This document shows, piece after piece, positions 58,748-64,000 of a stretch of 64,000 nt of DNA; the stretch's first letter is position 1, and every line of letters begins with the position of its first letter. The stretch spans positions 7,718 through 71,717 of the forward strand of contig JACOZV010000004.1 of the NCBI GenBank assembly GCA_016181175.1, written 5' to 3'. The stretch comes from Candidatus Yanofskybacteria bacterium. GTDB lineage: Bacteria; Patescibacteriota; Minisyncoccia; 2-02-FULL-40-12; IGHO2-01-FULL-4-A. Both the position numbers and the translations under genes were made by a program. The notes under the pieces were generated by a model. That model was not told the origin of the DNA and searched no databases. It worked only from the letters and a program-made list of their open reading frames with translations.

Positions 58748-59188
58748 TTAGCAGGGGTAACCATTTGGACAAATATCTTCCTGTCGTTCGGTCGTCGGAT
58801 CAATAGGGGTGTTTAAGTCCGGCACGGTATGGTTGCGTGCCATCAACCACCAAACGAGAAGTATCCAAAATCCCCAAAATAAAACTACTGGAACAACTTT
58901 TGAGATGTTTTTCTTTACTCTGATTTTCAACGGAGGGTGAAGTACATGTTTAAGCTCATGGCTTGCTAAATCGCCGTACTCGATTTTCTCCACACACTTT
59001 GGACACGCAACAAATTCTTTCTGCTGCTCGGAAAAGCGCTTGTTTACTCTTGCCCAGAACCCCTCGTCAATAAATGGATTTCTATTTTTTCCGCTCATAG
59101 TTTTGTGAGCGGCGAGTTTTGAAACACAAAACCCACCACTGGGAGGGCTTGCGCCCCTATGGAAGTTTCCCTCCATAACGTTAGGCAC
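58748..59188 (-). CDS. Hypothetical protein with Cys/His zinc-finger-like motif and C-terminal TM helix
   Basis: CPKCVEKIEYGDLASHELKH; TM VVPVVLFWGFWILLVWWLM. Confidence 0.4.
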   Translation of the reverse strand: MPNVMEGNFHRGASPPSGGFCVSKLAAHKTMSGKNRNPFIDEGFWARVNKRFSEQQKEFVACPKCVEKIEYGDLASHELKHVLHPPLKIRVKKNISKVVPVVLFWGFWILLVWWLMARNHTVPDLNTPIDPTTERQEDICPNGYPC

Positions 59189-59330
59189 GCCCCAAATGAT
59201 GGGTTTTCTATGCCTAACGATTTGCGACCATGCCGCCAGCCGAAGCCGATGGTTTAGATCATTTGATATCCAATTGTGTTTTTAAGTATATCAGAAAAAC
59301 ATGAGATCCTGCAACGGATGAAAAATACTG

Positions 59331-59352
59331 CTGGTCAAATGTGGCAAGGTCT
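59331..59352. promoter_or_regulatory. Operator-like motif copy 2 in the divergent promoter region
   Basis: ctGGTCAAATGTGGCAAgGTCtG. Confidence 0.45.
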
Positions 59353-59371
59353 GCTAAAATGAGTTTTAAGA

Positions 59372-59869
59372 ATGACGATGAATATGAAAATGAATAGTAA
59401 AAAAACCGAACCATTTCGCGTTGTTATAAATACAAGTACCGACCCCAATGTGCCATTGATTGAGCTTGTACGTGGTAACCGGAAAGCCAAACTTCCACCT
59501 ATTGCGATCAAAAACGTACGTCTTGATACCGATCGCTATTTGCTTGTCGTAAATGACGGCGAGCGCGTTGTTGCCTTTAAGTCAAAAAGGCACAAGAAGG
59601 GACTGGATAAAGAAACGAAGCTATTTAAAGTGCTGGTATTGCTTTTTGATTTTCGCCTCGAAAAAAAGGGTGAAAAAATACTCCACAGCAAAAACCTTAA
59701 CCCCGACTACACTTCTCTAAAAAATATCGCCGGAAATAGCGGAAGCCCAACACAAGAAGCAGCATATAGAAACATAAAGCGGTTAAATGGCTACTTTGAG
59801 GAAAATGGCTTGTCTATATGGATTGAAAAACACGGCAATGATTGCCGCCTCGTAGTTAAGAAGAGTTAA
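59372..59869 (+). CDS. Hypothetical protein (165 aa), mobile-element module
   Basis: ORF with plausible coding bias; no recognisable domain. Confidence 0.4.
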   Translation: MTMNMKMNSKKTEPFRVVINTSTDPNVPLIELVRGNRKAKLPPIAIKNVRLDTDRYLLVVNDGERVVAFKSKRHKKGLDKETKLFKVLVLLFDFRLEKKGEKILHSKNLNPDYTSLKNIAGNSGSPTQEAAYRNIKRLNGYFEENGLSIWIEKHGNDCRLVVKKS

Positions 59870-60052
59870 TACGCGGACATTATTTTTACAGAAGCGCTCG
59901 ATACTTTAAGGATAAAAGCGCTCAAAAAGTAGAAAAAATCCCTCAAGGGACATTTTGAAAATGTCCCCGATTTTTCTCAATAGTGAATGATATGGTCAAA
60001 GCAAGATACGCTTTGGCTTTTTTGTTTTCCCAAGCCAGCGCGGTCGGATGAT

Positions 60053-60298
60053 ATGAAGATACTAAATGAAAAAAACTTTTATCAAACTTCTGACTTTTGC
60101 CTCGCAACGGTTATTTCACTTTCTTTTCCGATAGAAGCAGTAGATCGGCAGAACACGCGAAAAGTTCAATTTATATTTCGTCGCAATAACGTCCTCGATA
60201 AGCTGATCGAGGATTTTTGGCGTGGTGAGATCCGAATTGATCCACAGCTTTTCTATAACCAATTACGAGTGATGAAAGCTCGGATTTACAACGACTAA
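60053..60298 (+). CDS. Hypothetical small protein
   Basis: ORF 59987-60298; likely start MKILNEK. Confidence 0.35.
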   Translation: MKILNEKNFYQTSDFCLATVISLSFPIEAVDRQNTRKVQFIFRRNNVLDKLIEDFWRGEIRIDPQLFYNQLRVMKARIYND

Positions 60299-60299
60299 C

Positions 60300-60554
60300 A
60301 TGCTTAAACCATCGGCAATTGAAGAATTAAGGTCGATATTGCTCGAAGAGTTTGGGCGTGATGTTGATATTAAAACAGCCAGAACGATCGGCGAGGATTT
60401 AGTCGGCTTCTACGACACTCTCGCAAAGATCGCGCATAAGGATAAAACGATAAGCAAAAATCTTTCCCCTTGCTCGGGTTCCATAGTGGACTATCCACTT
60501 GCAATGAGTAGTTCATTGAAAAAGAGGGTGGAACCCGAACAAAGAGAAAGATAA
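60300..60554 (+). CDS. Hypothetical small protein (84 aa)
   Basis: Starts 2 nt after the previous ORF and is immediately followed by the helicase gene. Confidence 0.4.
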   Translation: MLKPSAIEELRSILLEEFGRDVDIKTARTIGEDLVGFYDTLAKIAHKDKTISKNLSPCSGSIVDYPLAMSSSLKKRVEPEQRER

Positions 60555-60565
60555 AAAAAGAAATT

Positions 60566-62125
60566 ATGAAAAACATTTTTAGTGGTAACCACAAAAAAGG
60601 AAAGGTGTCCGACAAACTGAAGGGCGCGGAATTGGTTTTAGATGTGATCGAAAAAAGCGACTTATGGCTCTTTCACGATCAATTAAACGAGGCATACGCC
60701 GTTATAGCTGGTGATGGAGCATCAATAATGAAAATCGACTCGCAAAAGTTCCACAACTGGCTTTTTAATCATATCTATGACGAAACCGGAAAGATCAGCA
60801 ACACAGCCGCGTGCGAGGCAGCCATAAAGGTTCTGAAACATCAAGCAGAAACTGGGAATCTATTTGAGCTTGGAGTTAGGGTAAAACTGCGTGAGGGCGG
60901 TATTTGGTACGATCTCGGCGGTCAAAACTTTGTGAGTATCGCAGAAGATGGATGGTTGGTAACTGATCCTCCGCAACCAATCCTCTTTAAGAGGTTCGGG
61001 CATCAAAAAGAGCAGGTGCGACCGGAACGCGAGGGTAGCATGAATGAGTTTATGGAGCTTATTAACCTACAAGACAAAAAAGAATCTTTGCTCCTCATGG
61101 TTTACTTGGTTGCATCGTTTATTCCTAACTTTCCTCATCCTGTATTGATTGTGCATGGTTCGCAGGGGGCTGCTAAAAGTACCGCATGTAAATTGATTAA
61201 AGAATTAGTGGATCCATCTGCATTAGAAACTTCGACTATAAACGACGATAAAGACATAAAAGAATTGGTACAAGCCGCATCGCATCATTGGCTGTTAGTT
61301 CTCGATAATATCTCCTATATCTCCGAGAAAATCTCGGACACGATCTCACGAATATGTACCGGAGGCGGATTATCTAAAAGAATACATTATAGCAATGACG
61401 ACGACTTCATTTACAACTTTATGCACATAGTCGCCATTAACGGAATCCATCAGATCGTAAGCAAGCCCGATCTCCTCGATCGATCAATCTTGTTGGCGCT
61501 TGAACGCATCCCTGAAGATAAAAGGATAACGGAGGAGCAACTTTGGGGTCGTTTCAATGCAATGAAAGGAAGAGTTCTCGGCGCGGTTTTCGATGCCGTA
61601 TCCGGAGCATTGCGTGAATATCCGAATGTGCAGTTAGCAACATTGCCACGAATGGCGGACTTTGCACGCTGGGGATGCGCTATTGCGAGGACGCTCGGCT
61701 ACACCGACGAGGACTTTATGAATGTATACAAAACGAATATCGGAAGGCAGAACCAAGAGGCGCTTTCAGCAAGCGCCACAGCAGCAGTCATCATCAAGCT
61801 CATGGAAGATAATGATGTTTTCGAAGATACACCATCTGCTCTTTTGCGACTAATGGATCCGATAGCCGACGATCTCAAGGTAAAAGAAGCGAAGGATTAT
61901 CCACGACAGGCAAACTGGCTTTGGAGGCGCATTGAAGCGGTTATACCGAACCTTGCTGACGCCGGCATAAAGGTCGAGCAAACGAAAGATACTGAACGGA
62001 AGATAAAAATATCAAAGATATTGCGCGGTGATGACAGCACTGAAATTATGCCGTCTTCCGAAAAACCAGCAGAAGAACCTGCAAAAGACAGCATCGACAG
62101 CATAGACGGCACTTTCCCCCTGTAG
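60566..62125 (+). CDS. Phage/plasmid primase-associated SF3 helicase (D5/P4-alpha-like) replication protein
   Basis: Walker A VHGSQGAAKST, Walker B LLVLDNISY, motif C VAINGIH in SF3 spacing. Confidence 0.6.
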   Translation: MKNIFSGNHKKGKVSDKLKGAELVLDVIEKSDLWLFHDQLNEAYAVIAGDGASIMKIDSQKFHNWLFNHIYDETGKISNTAACEAAIKVLKHQAETGNLFELGVRVKLREGGIWYDLGGQNFVSIAEDGWLVTDPPQPILFKRFGHQKEQVRPEREGSMNEFMELINLQDKKESLLLMVYLVASFIPNFPHPVLIVHGSQGAAKSTACKLIKELVDPSALETSTINDDKDIKELVQAASHHWLLVLDNISYISEKISDTISRICTGGGLSKRIHYSNDDDFIYNFMHIVAINGIHQIVSKPDLLDRSILLALERIPEDKRITEEQLWGRFNAMKGRVLGAVFDAVSGALREYPNVQLATLPRMADFARWGCAIARTLGYTDEDFMNVYKTNIGRQNQEALSASATAAVIIKLMEDNDVFEDTPSALLRLMDPIADDLKVKEAKDYPRQANWLWRRIEAVIPNLADAGIKVEQTKDTERKIKISKILRGDDSTEIMPSSEKPAEEPAKDSIDSIDGTFPL

Positions 62126-62190
62126 GTTTTGGGGTTGTAGGGGTAAATAAAGAAATAGGAATTGCTGTCTGTGTTGTCGGTAAAAAAACT

Positions 62191-62418
62191 ATGAAGAATC
62201 GAACCGAACAATTTAGAGCATGGCGAAGGCGCAATCCGGCGGCATGGAACGCTATTGTAAAGCGCTGCAAGCGCAAGGGGCGCGCGCTCAAGCTACAGTG
62301 GGTTATAAACGAGTATTCGCGCTGGCAGAAGTGGTGTGCAGCGCATCCAGCACAACACCGTAAAATAGCACGCGATTCTTACCACAGAAGAAAAACAAAT
62401 AAGATCAGGGATGCTTGA
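62191..62418 (+). CDS. Small highly basic protein (75 aa)
   Basis: Arg/Lys/Trp-rich; immediately upstream of iteron-like array. Confidence 0.35.
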   Translation: MKNRTEQFRAWRRRNPAAWNAIVKRCKRKGRALKLQWVINEYSRWQKWCAAHPAQHRKIARDSYHRRKTNKIRDA

Positions 62419-62700
62419 GTTGTATTCATTGTCAGATTTTTATCTGGCAGCAAGCTGGGTTGTATTCGTTGTCAAAGTGTACATGGATATAACTACAGTA
62501 GTAATGTGCGCATAAAAGATGGGGTTGAACAGGAGTGCGTGTCGTATTGTCAAGCTTCGAAGCAAGTATTGCACGCAAAGAAAAGATGGCTTGATTGAAA
62601 ACGTGTATTTGTTTGTCAAGCCCCGAAGAGAAAAACAAGGAAAAAAGTAAACATTGTATCGACAATGTATTGATAGTATAATGGCAATGTACCCCCAGTT
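62419..62700. repeat. Iteron-like array of TTGTATTC/TTGTCAA-type repeats (candidate origin or recombinase-binding site)
   Basis: gttgtattcattgtcag (62419), gttgtattcgttgtcaaag (62460), cgtattgtcaagc (62541), gtatttgtttgtcaagc (62595), attgtatcgacaatgtattgatagtataatgg (62653). Confidence 0.5.
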
Positions 62701-62808
62701 GCACTACAATCCGTGATTTTTTATTGGCTTCTGCCCTTAAGGGGGGCGGTGCCGGAAGCCAATCCTCACGGAAAAAGCGACTGGGGTACCACCGCTCCCT
62801 TTAAGTTT

Positions 62809-64000
62809 ATGAAAAACGAACAAAATACAACTAAAAATAAGGCGATTTCCTTTTGCCGCGTAAGCTCGAAGGAGCAAGCCGATGAGGGTTATTCGCTTGA
62901 ATCGCAGGAAAAGCTACTTGAGGCATACGCTACAGACGATAAACGAGATTTTAAGATCATCAAGATCTATAAGATCACGGAATCAGCGAGCGGAAAGCAG
63001 GTACGAAAGACATTTCAGGAAGCACTGAAATACGCCACTGATCAAAAAATAAAGATCATTCTGTGTGAAAAGATTGATCGATTAACACGCAACCTTAAAG
63101 ACGCCAGCACAATTGACGATTGGGTAAAGGATAAAGACACTACCGGTCGGCAGGTTCACTTTGTAAAGGAAAACTTTATTCTTAACGCTGATACAAAGGC
63201 ACACGATAACCTTGTGTGGGATATGAAGGTGGCTATTGCGCGTTTCTATTCAAACAATCTATCCGAAGAAGTGAAGAAGGGGCAAAAGGAAAAGATCGCG
63301 CAAGGATGGCTTCCTACGAAGCCGCCGCTTGGGTATCGCACGATCGGCGACAAAGGGCATAAAACGCACGAAATTGACGAGAAGATCGCCCCATATATCC
63401 GTAAGATGTTTGAGCTTTACGCTACCGGTAATTACTCAACGCTTTCTTTGGTAAGGGTTATGTACAAGGAAGGTTTGCGCAACCGCGAGGGTAAAAGGGT
63501 TGGAAAGAGTAGATTGCATCAATTGCTTTCGGATCCATTTTATTACGGCAAGATGCGATGGAAAGGCGAGGTTGTTAAAGCAGAACACGAACCCCTTATT
63601 CCGAAAGAATTGTTTGACGACGTTCAAAAAATACTTGTCCGGAAGATCAAATATCCCATGTATAGGAAACACCTCCCTATATTTAAGGCGATGCTGCGCT
63701 GCGGAGAGTGCAAAGGCACTGTTACGTGGGAAATACAAAAAAATCATTGGTACGCTCACTGTAGCCATTACCGAAACTGCAAGCAAAAAAAGTATGTCCG
63801 GCAGGAAGCTGTCGAAGAACAGCTTTTCCCATACTTTGATCGAGTTGCCCCGATAAACACGCGCTTGCTGCAGTGGCTTGAGAAGCAGCTTAAAGAAAGC
63901 CACACCGAAGAGATCAAATACAACACCTCAAAGCGAGAGGAGTTAAACCGGATCATCGCAACCGCCGATAGACGGATCGAGGCGGCGTATAAAGAGAAGC
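62809..64000 (+). CDS. Large serine recombinase (integrase), partial - continues past window end
   Basis: N-terminal resolvase catalytic domain ISFCRVSSKEQADEGYSLESQ with catalytic Ser; recombinase domain; Cys zinc-ribbon CGECKG...CSHYRNC; no stop before 64000. Confidence 0.8.
   Translation, partial: MKNEQNTTKNKAISFCRVSSKEQADEGYSLESQEKLLEAYATDDKRDFKIIKIYKITESASGKQVRKTFQEALKYATDQKIKIILCEKIDRLTRNLKDASTIDDWVKDKDTTGRQVHFVKENFILNADTKAHDNLVWDMKVAIARFYSNNLSEEVKKGQKEKIAQGWLPTKPPLGYRTIGDKGHKTHEIDEKIAPYIRKMFELYATGNYSTLSLVRVMYKEGLRNREGKRVGKSRLHQLLSDPFYYGKMRWKGEVVKAEHEPLIPKELFDDVQKILVRKIKYPMYRKHLPIFKAMLRCGECKGTVTWEIQKNHWYAHCSHYRNCKQKKYVRQEAVEEQLFPYFDRVAPINTRLLQWLEKQLKESHTEEIKYNTSKREELNRIIATADRRIEAAYKEK

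Larger units (their letters stand above)
58478..64000. mobile_element. Integrative/mobile element module (Xis-like HTH, hypotheticals, SF3 helicase, iterons, serine recombinase); may also carry the defence operon 48905-58666 as cargo; boundaries not resolved
   Basis: Co-occurrence of recombinase, replication helicase, excisionase-type HTH and repeated operator motifs. Confidence 0.5.

Overview
This is a low-GC, gene-dense bacterial chromosome segment. The gene content (many small DUF proteins, short EF-Ts and RF1, TTG/GTG starts, cohesin-like surface proteins) suggests a CPR/Patescibacteria-like organism, but that is inference only. UGA is read as stop.

The window runs roughly as follows.
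(1) 1-3.0 kb: a minus-strand tRNA cluster (Thr-TGT, Tyr-GTA, Thr-GGT, Trp-CCA) with rpmG, tsf and rpsB. It is interrupted by a truncated tRNA copy, a GIY-YIG cassette bounded by perfect 21-bp inverted repeats, and a 186-bp hairpin-dense element flanked by a 15-bp direct repeat of the tRNA-Tyr 3' end.
(2) 3.3-16.8 kb: cell-surface genes. These include a 1231-aa cohesin-like giant protein with a G13 homopolymer near its 3' end, a second cohesin-like protein, an FN3 + poly-Gly + dockerin protein, a GT-C/TPR membrane protein, a class-A beta-lactamase-like hydrolase, and a ~3.5-kb glycine-rich gene broken by two frameshifts.
(3) 17-48 kb: housekeeping and accessory genes. Housekeeping: rpmE, prfA, rplY, tgt, uppS, uppP, nrdJ. 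Metabolic: ALDH, epimerase, and a fused HCDH-ECH protein. A dense thiol-redox cluster holds trxB, two zinc-ribbon proteins, DsbA-like, CcdA, TlpA, NrdH-like, DoxX, a split DUF3179, ArsR and a flavodoxin-like reductase.
(4) 48.9-58.7 kb: a tightly packed, co-directional defence operon. In transcription order it holds an Xis-like HTH, GmrSD (Type IV), hsdR, hsdM, an unknown TM protein, hsdS carrying a C-terminal Panacea-like extension, a 492-aa protein with a C-terminal PD-(D/E)xK nuclease fold, and a small basic ORF.
(5) 58.7-64 kb: part of an integrative element. It has shared operator-like repeats, hypothetical genes, an SF3 (D5/P4-like) helicase, an iteron-like array, and a large serine recombinase that runs off the window end.

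The most novel candidate is the HsdS-Panacea fusion plus the downstream nuclease, which may form an RM-tethered toxin/antitoxin (PrrC-like) abortive-infection module.
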